Assembly: GCA_025594325.1 (NCBI GenBank)
Contig: JANHCV010000001.1
Span: 2,294,001 to 2,358,000, forward strand
Direction of reading: 5' to 3'
Length of the DNA: 64,000 bases
Source of the DNA: Blastocladiella emersonii ATCC 22665
Taxonomy: Eukaryota > Fungi > Blastocladiomycota
The notes under the pieces were generated by a model. The model ran no database searches. It saw only the letters and a program-made list of their open reading frames with translations, and was not told the DNA's origin. Both the position numbers and the translations under genes were made by a program. Below are positions 23,427 to 33,482 of the stretch, one piece after another. Position 1 is the first letter of the stretch. Every line of letters begins with the position of its first letter.

Positions 23427-24597
23427 ATGCCGACCGCGAACGACTTTCGCGTGAAGCTGCTCGTCGAAGGCGTGCCTGCCGAGGAGTACGGCGTGACGGT
23501 CGATCACCTCGAGAACGATATCACCGAAGTACACTGCGCCGTCGAGTGTGTCACGGGCGCCCAGTTTGCGTGCGAAATCAGCTATCTCGGCCGCGGCCAC
23601 TCGAATCGCGTCGCCGACTTGCTCGTGGACGGCAAGTTCATGGAGGGGACCGCGTACTTTATCGACGATGAGCCCGCTGTGCTCGAGAATGCGCTCATTG
23701 GAGACGGTACCCCCCGCGATGCGGCTTCTCGCGACTTTGCGCAGACTGACTGACGCGCGTTCCCTCGTATGCATAGAAAAGTTCCCGTTGCGGTTCGCCG
23801 CGATGCGCGCTGTCCCGATCGGCGAGGATCCCGACGAGGACGACGTGGAGGTCGCGGACACGGAGCAGGTCAAGGACGTGGGCCGCATCTGCGTCCAGCT
23901 CTCATACGCGCGCGTGCTTGGACCTGCCCGGAACCAGCAGCGCGGTATCGAGCACTTCTCCAAGGTCGTCCTAACGGAGCTGCAGAACAAGAACGCTAAG
24001 CTCACGCACACCGCCGAGTACTGCTCCTGCTTGTCTTCCGGAGATCTGTGTGACCACTAACCAACGCGTGTAGGGCCGGGGAATCGCTGGGCCAGTGGAA
24101 GAAATCCGACGTCGAGTGGGAGGTCCAGGAGCTCACGCACCGGTTCATTTTCGAGTACATGTCGCGCGGTACGGGTTTCGCGCGGACCTCGAGCGCCACG
24201 CAAAGTAACACGGCCGCACCTCCGCTGTGTAGACATGCTCGACATCAAGGGCTACCTGTCGTCTCGATCTGGCAGCAACTCGAACAAGCGCGGTCGAGCC
24301 GGTGAACCTGTCGACCTGACCATGGTCAAGGACGAGCGCGCGCCGAAACGGCCGCGCCTCGATGATCCGCCGGTGCAGCCCACGTACGAGGTCGTCGAGC
24401 TTCTCGACAGCTCCGACGACGAGGACGAGGACGAGGACGACGATGTGGTTGAAGTTTCTCCCGCCACCGGCGCAAGCGGAACCGGTGCGGTGACCGTCAA
24501 GAAGGAGACGGCCACGAGCCAGCGACCGCTGATGCAGCCCCTGCCGCCGCCAACGTTTGAGACAGTCGTCCTGCTAGACGACGACGATGACGAGTAA
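23427..24597 (+). CDS. Uncharacterised tandem-array protein, copy 6
   Basis: EEY..EVHCAVECVTG, |EKFPLRFA, GRICVQL, NKNAKLTHT, FIFEYMSR|DML, terminus TVVLLDDDDDE. Confidence 0.78.
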
Positions 24598-24638
24598 CAG
24601 CGACAAGAGCATGTATTTACAATGGACCCGATTCCCTT

Positions 24639-27600
24639 TCAAACCGCACCGCGGCCCTGGAGAATTTCGAGCATCAGGTCCTGCCGCGGGACGACGTCCG
24701 TGAGGAATTTTTGCGTGACCGAAATCTCGTTAAACTCTACATATTGCCGAGCAGGAGGGTCAGTTCAGCCGCGTAATGCGTGAGCGCAAAAGCGCGTACC
24801 GTTGATGGCCAGGTTGATGGCAAACGAGCGGATGGGCGCGACGTGGTGGTCGTCCGAGTCGAGCAGGACCGCGCCGACGTTGTCGACCGAGATCTCCTGC
24901 ATGAGGAAGTCGACGCACGACGTGACGAGGTCGTCGAGGCCGTACTGGTCGGCTACGCATGGCAAAGGGGTCAGTCATCGCCGCCAATACGTGACGGAAA
25001 AGTGATACGAACCAGCGCGGTACAGCTCGAACACGTTATCGTACGTGAGCTCACACCGCCCGACGTACAGGAACGAGAGCAGCGACTCGAACACGGCGGG
25101 CCGGATATTCGGGATCTCGACCGTGTGCGGGAGCTGGTTGGCCTCGCGCATCGCGCTGCGCAGGAGCATGGCCTCGAGCACCTCGCACCGCGAGCACAGA
25201 ATCACCTTGTGTGCGTAGAACACGCGCACCGCGTGCGCCGGGACCGCCGCGTTGCTGCGCGATGCCGTGGTTACCAACGACTCGCCCGTGGCATCGGTCC
25301 CGATCCCGCCGCCAACAATCAGCCGCACGTCCGGGAACCCCTTGGCGCCGCTGCACAGCAGCCGCTTGAGGTCCGTGAACAGGCCCGCGGGGAACGAGAC
25401 CGTGACCGAGAGCTGCGGCTGGCCCGCGGCGAGCGGCGCGTGCGCGACGGCAACGTCGCCGCCACCGGCACCGACCCCGCCGGGCGCGCCGCCGCCCGCG
25501 ATGGCCGGGTTGCTGATCGCGCTCATCGAGCCCGGCGCGCCCGCGGCCGTGGGGAACCGCGCGAGGGCGCCGTTCGCCCCCGACACGGCCATGGGTCCGC
25601 GGTACGCCACCGGTCCGTGACCAGCAGCGTGCGCCGGCGAGTGGCCGTAGGGGTGGTGGTACTGGCTCGAGTGCGGGAGGTGGTGGATCAGGCCGCGGCG
25701 GCGCGCGAGGAGCAGCTCGCGGACGAGGTCGGCGCGCGGCAAAATGTCGCGGGCGAACGACGGGTCCTTGGACACGGCGTCAAAGTGCCACAGGACAAAG
25801 TCGCACGCGAAGATGCGCACGGAGGGCACCTTGAACCGCTCGGCGGCGAGGAGGAGCGTCGTGACGTTTTCGATCGACGTGTTGAGTTTCAGAAACTCCT
25901 CGCACGAGCGCTTGAGGTCCGACAGCGCGTACAGCTCGGCGGCCTTGAGCACCTCGCACGCCGACTCGAGCGGGATCGTGATGGCCGCCGTGTAGATGAA
26001 CTGCAGAATCAGCGCGAAGATGGGCGGCGAGAGTTCCGGGACCGCAATCTCGCGTGGCGTCGCGAGGACCAGGTCGACGTCCGCCGACTGCGTGCGCGCG
26101 AGCGCCGTGGCCGAGACCGGGTCGTCGTCGGGCGTGCTGGTGCCGCGGATCGACACGGCGAACATGGACTGGAACACGGCCGACCGGCTCGCCAGGATCG
26201 CCTGGTGCGCGTGGAACGGCGCTCGGTCCGGACCGACGAGGAACGTCACGTCCGCGGCGTTGAAGGCGCTGGGCGGGGCCGACACGACGGTCCCGGTGCT
26301 GCTGCCGCTGGCCTCGCCGCCGCTGCTGCTGCCGGACTCGGACGCGCTGGACGCCGTGGCGGTGCCCTGGGCCGACGGGAGCAGGCGCGACAGGTCTGCG
26401 AGGACGCGGCCGAGCGCGGCGGGCTCCGGGTCGCTGTGGACGTACGTCGCCCCGTGGCGCGAGTACCGGCGGCCGTCGAGGGCGACGTCGACCTTGACGA
26501 GGGACCCGTGGAAGGTGGCGTGCGGGACCTCGCAGACGATCTTGTACGCGGCGGGGCACACGGCCTCGACGGCGAGGAGCGGGACGCGGCGGAACCGGGC
26601 GGGCTTGTTCCACGACGCGAACGGGTACTGGCCCGACGAGTCGTTGTTGTCCTTGTGGGCGACGGTGCGGATCTGCGACGTGGACTTGAAGAAGAGGCCG
26701 CCGGTCGCCGGCCACGAGAAGGACGCGTGGGTCTCGTCCTTGGACAGCTCGACGAGCAGGTTCGATTTTCCGTTCCACTCGAGCGGCTCGTCGAGCACAA
26801 ACTTGAGCCACCCGAGCGCAATGTCGCCGTGCAGCAACGTCTTGGGCCCGTAGATGACGCGCAGCTCGCTCGACTCGGCAAACTCGGTGATGTTGTCGTC
26901 CGAGGTCCACGCGTACGCGATGCGGATGTTCTCGAGCGCGCGGTCCGGCACGTCGCTGACCTTGAACCACAGCGCGTGCAGGAACGCGCCCTGGAACAGG
27001 CCGACATCGCGCAGCTCCGACGCCAGGTACAGCGACTGCAGCTTGGCCGCCTTGCACAGCGTGTTGAAGGCGACGAACCCGGACTTGTCGCCTGTCACGC
27101 CGCCCGGCTTGGTCACCTCGATGCGCGGGCCGAGCCGGTTGCTCGCGTACAGCTCGTTGTGGCGAGCGCGGCCCTTCCTAGAGGGTGCGAAGGAGTGGCG
27201 GTCAGCTACGTCGGTCGCGAGGGTCTGTCAACGAAGCGTACCATTCGCCGGGGACATGTTTCTCGTTCGGGTTCGAGTCGCTCGTCGAGAAGCGGACGAG
27301 GATGCTGTCGGCGTTGAACTCGGACAGGTCGATCTCCTTGAGCGCCTCGTGCGAGGACGTGAGCGCCAGCGCTCCCGCCGCCGGAGCAGCGGCCGCGGTG
27401 TTCGTCGCAGCAGGCGCCACGTTCCCGGCGTGCTGGCGCCAGTTGCCCGCGGCGGACTGCTGCCCGGGATGCCCGTGTTGCTGCTGCTGCTGTGCGTGAA
27501 CGACGGCGCCGTACCCCGCGCCCGCGTTGCCGAGAGCAGCATGACCGGGATACCCACGTCCCATGGCGGCAGGGTGCGCCTGCACCTGGCCATGGTACCC

Positions 27601-29181
27601 GCCATTGTTTCCACCACCCATGGGGTACCCCGCGGCGCCGGGCCCGCCCGCGCCGTACTCGAGCCCATGCGGCGCCATAGCGAGCGGTAGCGGTTTCGGC
27701 GCGTGTGTGGGCGCGAGGAAGATAGCGACGCGGTTCGACGTGCCGCGGGACGACGGGAGCACACCGACGACGCGGAACGCGAGCGCGTCCTCGGTCGTGC
27801 CCGACGGCATCTCCTCGTCCTCGTCGACGTCCTCGCCGGCGCCAACGGGCGGCGACGGGCCGGCGGGCGGGACCGGGTTGATGGCGCGGAGCACGCGCGG
27901 CGCGACGCCCGCGCCGCTCACGGGGATCGGCGCCATGATGTGTGCGCCCGGCGGCGCGGTGGCAAAGTGCGGCGCCGCGTCGTGCGCGTTCAGGCTGCCG
28001 AGCGACGCGAGCGTGCCCGCGCCGAACCCCGCGAGGCCCGCGGACGACGCAAAGTACGACCCGTCGCCCGGACCGACCGACGCGCCGCGGGCGCTCGCGG
28101 GGGTCCGCTTGCCGCGGCGGCGCAGCGTGCGCGGCGAGAACGGGTGGCTCGACAGGTGTGTCCGCGCGCCATCGCTGCTCGAGTTGGGCTGGCTCGAAGA
28201 GGGACCGCCGCTGCTCGTGGCGCTGTTGTTGTTGGAGGACGAGCCCGATGGACCAGCCGGCGGGCCCTGCGCGGCCGACTGCTGCTGGGACAGCTGCTCG
28301 TATACGTTGGACGCGTGGACGGGTGACGGGTCCGCGGGCGCGGACAGCGCCGAGTTGCTGAGCGAGCTGGCGCGGCTCGCCGAGGTGGCGAATGAGAGCG
28401 AGCCGTTGAAGGCGTGCACGACGCCGCCGAGGTAGTCGTGGCCGCCGTATGGCGCGGGCGTCGAGGATGAGGAAGCAAAGGCACCGGCCTGCAGCGCAGG
28501 CGACTGCTGCTGCTGCTGGTGAAAGTATTGCTGGGTCGGCGCGAGGTAGAGGCCGGACGACGGGCTGGGCGCCGCCGGCGTGTTGGGCGAGTAGAAGAGC
28601 GACGGCGACGAGTTGCCTGCGGCCTGCAGCTGGCTCAGCGACGCGACCATGGACGAGCCCGCGCTGCTCGACGCGGCGTCAGGCAGGATCAAGTGGTGGT
28701 GGGCATGGTCGCTGGCCGCGCCCGCGGAGCCAAACGACGGGCCCTGGTCAAACTGCTGCTGCTGCTGCTGGTGCGGGTAGAGACCCACGGCGCGCGGCGA
28801 GTACTGCTGCTGGTGATGATGATGGTGGTGATACTGCGGCGGCGCGGTGTGAAGGCTCGAGGGCGCCGTGAACGGCTGGAGCGCGCCCTGCTCGTGCGAA
28901 TGGCGGCGGCGCGCCGACTGCGAGAAGGGCGAGGAGCCGGCGCCGTGCTCGTACGGCAGGCCCGAGGTGGACGCGAGCCGCGACGGCGACGGCGGGGCAG
29001 TCGCGGCACTGATGGCGCTCGACGGCGACGCGCTCGAAATGTCGCGGGGCGGACCCTGCTGCTGTTGATGGTGCTGTCCGCCCGTGGGCCCGTGAGCGCC
29101 AGGCTCGCCCGCCTGCTCATCGCCGAGCGACGACGCGCTCGAAATGGAGTCAAGGGAGGTGCTCTCCGTCTGATCACTCAT
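24639..29181 (-). CDS. Double BTB/POZ(-BACK) protein with low-complexity N-terminus and IPT/TIG-like plus unknown beta-rich domain
   Basis: BTB1: ADVTFLVG..FHAHQAILASRSAVFQSMF..LILQFIYT. BTB2: PDVRLIVG..FYAHKVILCSRCEVLEAML..LLSFLYVG. Intron 27178-27241 joins ORFs 27202-29322 and 24975-27116. Two more 3' introns lead to a TGA at 24639-24641. Likely start MSDQ at 29181. Confidence 0.85.
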
Positions 29182-29786
29182 GTTGCATCGTGTCTTGTTG
29201 AGCTCAATGCGGGGACGGGGGTGATGGAAGCGAGAACGGGCGGGGTGGCGGGGGCGCGGCGCGGGCGCGTCCGCCATGCGCGCGCGCCGGCGTCTCCCGC
29301 TTCCGAGACGGAACAGGGCCAAAGTAGCAACGCAGGGTTGTTTGCTCCACTACTAAGTCGGCACGCACGGGAAGGCGCGCAGACAACTCTCGGGAACCTG
29401 CGAGTCAAGTCTGTCGACGGCGCCCCAAGACGGGACCCCGCCTGTGCTGACGCGCGCAAGCGCGCGCCCGCGGGCGACGAGACTCGTTCGTCCTCGACTA
29501 CTGTAACAGAACATCGCGCACTGACTAAGTGTCGGGGGCGCAATAGCGGTCCCCGGCGCGGGCTCCTGACATAGCGGTCGTGCATAGTTGCCGATAGCGA
29601 GGGGTGCATGGCTGAGCCGCATTTTGATCGCCCGTCTCGCGCCCGTCTGTTGACTCGGCAACGGGTCACCTGCGCCCCACGTGCGCTGCGAGACATTTTC
29701 CGCGAGACGCGCTGCGCCACCTCGACCTCGAGTCTATTCGTATCATACAACATCGTCCATCCCATCTCGCGCTCGCCCGCCCCCTA

Positions 29787-30580
29787 CTACTCCTTGTGTG
29801 GCGAGTCGACCGTCTCGGCGATCGGCGTCGAAAAGGCCGTGTGCCGGCCGAACGTGGCCACCCTGCGCTGGACCGCGCCGGCCAGCGGCGGCAGGTGCTT
29901 GGGGTCGTCGGGCATGAGCTCGCGGACCGCCGTGTGCCCGACGACCGTCGCGCGCGCCACCGAGTCGGGGTGCGCGCCGTGCGGCGTCGACGAGTAGGTC
30001 GTGTGCGCGCCGCGCGCCATGAAGTGCGACCAGAACGTGAGCGGCGCCGGTGGCACGGCGCGCGACGGGTCCTCGTGCGCGCGCAGGAGCGCCGGCGGGA
30101 GCTTGCTCGGGTCGATGGCCGGCGAGAACGAGTCGTCAAAGTAGTCGGCGGCCGTCGTCGACTTGTAGATGGTCGGGTGCGGCGTGCGCTTCGGCTTGAG
30201 GTGCTCGACCGACTCGGCCGTCCACGCGCGCTCCTTCATCGTCTTGAGCTTGCCGAGCTGCCCCGGGTACCGCCGCGACGCCGACGACTCGGACGGCTGG
30301 TACGACATGCGCGAGACCGTCGTGTACTTGGCGCTCTGGTCCTCCTGCAGCGACTGCGCCAGAATGTCCTGCGAAGCGCGGATGGGGGCGATGAGTGCTC
30401 GGTCATCGTGACATCGTCGAGTCGACGGATCCGTACCGCGTGCCCACGCTCCGAGATGAACGGCACATTGCGCTCCTTGAGGATCCGGTCCGCGCCCACG
30501 GCTCGCTCCTCGACCCAGTTGAGCAGCAGCGTCGCGCCGACGCCGCCGTGCTGGTTCCACGTCGTGTCTTTGAGATACAT
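29787..30580 (-). CDS. SPAG8/CFAP143-like axonemal microtubule inner protein
   Basis: TLLLNWVEERAV..FISERGHADIL, LTFWS and FGRHTAFSTPI parallel recalled SPAG8 segments (NWEEERA..FFFRHGHRGLL, TFW, FRKNCSFSTPV). Intron 30369-30436. Confidence 0.65.
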
Positions 30581-30719
30581 GGTGGTGATCGATGCGTGTA
30601 CTCTCGCTGGTGTTTGGTCTTCTAATCGTCTAGTGTATGCGGTTGTGACGCTGGATCATCAAACGCGACCAAAAAATGACTGTCCGACGCGGCGGGACGC
30701 AAGCACACGTGCGTTTGAC

Positions 30720-30755
30720 CGGTGCGAGACACGGTGCGAGACACGGTGCGAGACA
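30720..30755. repeat. Three perfect tandem copies of CGGTGCGAGACA in a divergent promoter region
   Basis: Direct reading of 30720-30731, 30732-30743 and 30744-30755. Confidence 0.95.
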
Positions 30756-30933
30756 TCTCTTCGCCATACTCTCACACACTCTGAACGCTTGAGACACGAC
30801 GGATATGAGGCACAATGACTCTATACTCTCGGCAGCCGGATGGCCATCGACTTGGCCGAATCAAGTCTTCTTTGCACCAAGTAATTTCCCGCTAAACTAG
30901 CTTATGACTATCTACCACCACGCATAATACGGC

Positions 30934-32109
30934 ATGGCCCGTCGCATCTCATCCTTGGCCTCGCTCTTTGGCAGCGGCGGCCTGAGCCAGGGCAGCACGC
31001 GGCCGCCGTCGTACGCGACGCTGCCCGGCGACGACCTTCCGAGCCTCGGCCCGCCTCCGTACCTACCATGTCGCGACCCGACGCCCGAGGAGCTCGAGGC
31101 TCAGAACCGTCCCGCCATCGTCAAACCGACCCTGTACCCGCCGCGGCCGCCGGCGCGGACAGTGTTCCAGCAGGTCCTGTATCCGACCGTGGTCCAGAAG
31201 AAGCTCATCGCGCTCGCCGTCACGCTTCTCCTCGAATTTCTCGTCTTGGCCGTCGAGATCCACCTCATCTGCCGCAACGCTTCGCGGGCGACGTGCTCGG
31301 CCTCGCTTCCTCGCGTCAGCCGCTGGATCGACCGCAAGTCCATGGGCCCCGCGCTGCAGAACGCGATCCTGCTCGGATCCCTCGTCTCGCCGTTCGCCCT
31401 GTACGCGCTCGGCGAGTTTGGCGCCGCGCGCAAGTGGTGGCCGGTCCGCATCGCGGGCTGGATCCAGTGCGCCATCGTCTTCCTCGGCCACGGGTACTAC
31501 TCGGGGCTCATCCTGCGCAACGCGTGGACGCTTGGCCACGTCACGACGGCCGTGTTCCACTACCACTCGGCGGTCCCCGAATGGACGATCCAGTTCGCGA
31601 CCGTCATCCTTTGCGCGACCATCGCCGCGGGCGTTGTGGTCATGGCGCGGTTCCTGTGGTGCCTGCACGTCGTGGCCGTGGTCGTGGACGGCGAGCACCT
31701 CGAGATCCATGTCCCCGGCTGGGCGTTCTGCCAGTCGGGCATCGTCGAGGCCGAGCTCGTCCCGATCCCGCCCGAGCACCTTCTCTGGCCGACCACGCGC
31801 ACGGCGCTGTTTGGGTGCGGCCACCGCACACTCCAGTTCTTTACGGCGACCAAGCACTCGCGCGCGGGCCGGCAGCGGCCGCAGTTCATCCTCAGCTTCG
31901 ACGCACCGGGGCTCCCCGGGCTGGTCGACGACTGGCTCGAGTGGAACCGGCACCTCGGCGCGCTCAAGCGGCTCGCCGAGGTCCAGGCGTCGATGCGGTC
32001 GGTGAACGGCGGCGACGGCGCGAGCAGTAGCGCAGTCTCGCTGCCTGGCACGAGTAGCGAAGCTGGATCCTCACGTCAGGCGCTGCTCGCTCCCTCGGCG
32101 CGGCAGTAG
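30934..32109 (+). CDS. Hypothetical multi-pass membrane protein with two N-terminal PPxY motifs
   Basis: Single 391-aa ORF with GC3-biased codons, several hydrophobic segments (LIALAVTLLLEFLVLAVEI; FATVILCATIAAGVVVMA), and PPSY and PPPY near the N-terminus. Confidence 0.7.
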   Translation: MARRISSLASLFGSGGLSQGSTRPPSYATLPGDDLPSLGPPPYLPCRDPTPEELEAQNRPAIVKPTLYPPRPPARTVFQQVLYPTVVQKKLIALAVTLLLEFLVLAVEIHLICRNASRATCSASLPRVSRWIDRKSMGPALQNAILLGSLVSPFALYALGEFGAARKWWPVRIAGWIQCAIVFLGHGYYSGLILRNAWTLGHVTTAVFHYHSAVPEWTIQFATVILCATIAAGVVVMARFLWCLHVVAVVVDGEHLEIHVPGWAFCQSGIVEAELVPIPPEHLLWPTTRTALFGCGHRTLQFFTATKHSRAGRQRPQFILSFDAPGLPGLVDDWLEWNRHLGALKRLAEVQASMRSVNGGDGASSSAVSLPGTSSEAGSSRQALLAPSARQ

Positions 32110-32141
32110 CGAGCGGGTGTAGTATCGGGCGAGCAGTGTAC

Positions 32142-32155
32142 ATATATATATATAT
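32142..32155. repeat. (AT)7 microsatellite in a 56-bp convergent intergenic gap, possibly part of 3'-end signals
   Basis: Direct reading TGTACATATATATATATATT. Confidence 0.85.
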
Positions 32156-32165
32156 TCGCGTGTGG

Positions 32166-33063
32166 CTACGGTGTAAGCACCACGACCTCGATGGGGTAGC
32201 AGCCGCGGACCGAGTTGAAAGCGATCGCGGGTGCGCCGCCACTCAGTATCCAGTCGAGCGGCACGTCGCCCTCGCGGATAAGACCTTGTTCGAGCAGCAC
32301 ACCGCGCATGCACCCGGGGAGGAGCACGGCGTTGCTCGCGGCGTCAATCCGCGGCGTGATCCATTCCCGCGTGTCGGGGCACTGGACGCACACGTTGGCG
32401 ATGCACGTCTCGGTCAAGTTCCGCGAAGCAGTGTAAAGCAGCACGTCAATGAACGGTGGTACTGCATCGCCGCGGGCGCGTAAAGCGGACTCGACGCGCG
32501 CTTGCGCATCCGTGTACACTTGGCGCCGCGTCGACTTATTGAGGACAAAGCGCGGGTCAAGCGACGCGTTGAGCGGTTGCAGATCAAGGAACACGGTCAT
32601 CGGCGACGGTGCGTCGGTGACGTGCGCCCACCAACGTGGACCAGCGTGTGAGAGCTGCGGCGGCCGCCAGTGCAGCCCCGGCGGCCGCGGGATTACGGTC
32701 GACGTGACGGCGACCTTGCCGCTGCGATTGAGCAGGAGCCGGACCTACTCGAGTCCAAGACGATGAGCATCCAGGGTGGAGGCGGCCACACGGTGGTGTA
32801 CGAACTCGGAGGCAGCTTCCGCCCACATCGAGCTTGCCGCCGTGCTCGCGGGCGTGCTGGACGAGCTCTCTCCTGGTAGAGCCCGACACAGCCTCTCCGT
32901 CGGCGCCCCATAGCACTGCCGCAGACCCCGCCAGCCGGCTCAGGTGCGCGCCGAGGAGGACGAGCGAAGACTCATACGGTTCGCGTCCGTCGGGCTCGTC
33001 CCCGTCCTGCCCCGGATCGTAGAGAATCGTTTCCAACAAGTCGTAGTCATCCATGGCTTCCAT
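32166..33063 (-). CDS. 4-amino-4-deoxychorismate lyase-like (PLP class IV aminotransferase fold; Abz2/PabC-like)
   Basis: LLETILYD..LGAHLSRL..LR|VRLLLNRSG..FVLNKSTRRQVY (catalytic Lys region)..VLLY..LTETCIANV..WITP..LLPGCMRGVLL..FNSVRG. One intron of about 60 nt near 32745-32805. Confidence 0.75.
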
Positions 33064-33482
33064 TTCGAGTCGAAAGGGGCATCGGAGGATCGGAGGACGA
33101 GTTGACTCGACACGACGGCGGCGTGCCTGCATCGCGTGAGCGCACCGCGCGCCTCGCTCGCCTGAGCTGCGCGCGCGCCCGTCGCCCGCCCGCGCCGACT
33201 CTTCGTCGCCGCGCCCTCCCTCTCCCCGCTCGCTGCATCCGCAGATTCAAGACGTGCCGGCTCACTACCCGCACACGCAGCTTCTTCCTGGCCGCCCGCC
33301 CGCCGCGTGCCGAGCGCGACGACCTGACCTAGAGCTCCCCGTGCTCCTCACGCCCCGCCGCGCGCGCCGTTCCCGCCCGGTTTTTGCTCTCTCCCTCGCG
33401 CGCACTGCGCCGGCTCCACGCCCCTCCGATACCTCGTGTACATCATCATCCTCTCGGCGACCCGCGGCGTGCGTGATTCAAG

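Larger units (their letters stand above)
16460..24597 (+). repeat. Head-to-tail tandem gene array, six units of about 1.35-1.45 kb
   Basis: ATG positions 16460, 17831, 19223, 20565, 22012 and 23427 (spacings 1371, 1392, 1342, 1447, 1415), with shared motifs and intron positions. Confidence 0.9.

Noticed and set aside
30720-30755. Direct repeats as a possible CRISPR array
   Set aside because: The units are only 12 bp, contiguous and without spacers, and the context is eukaryotic with no cas genes.
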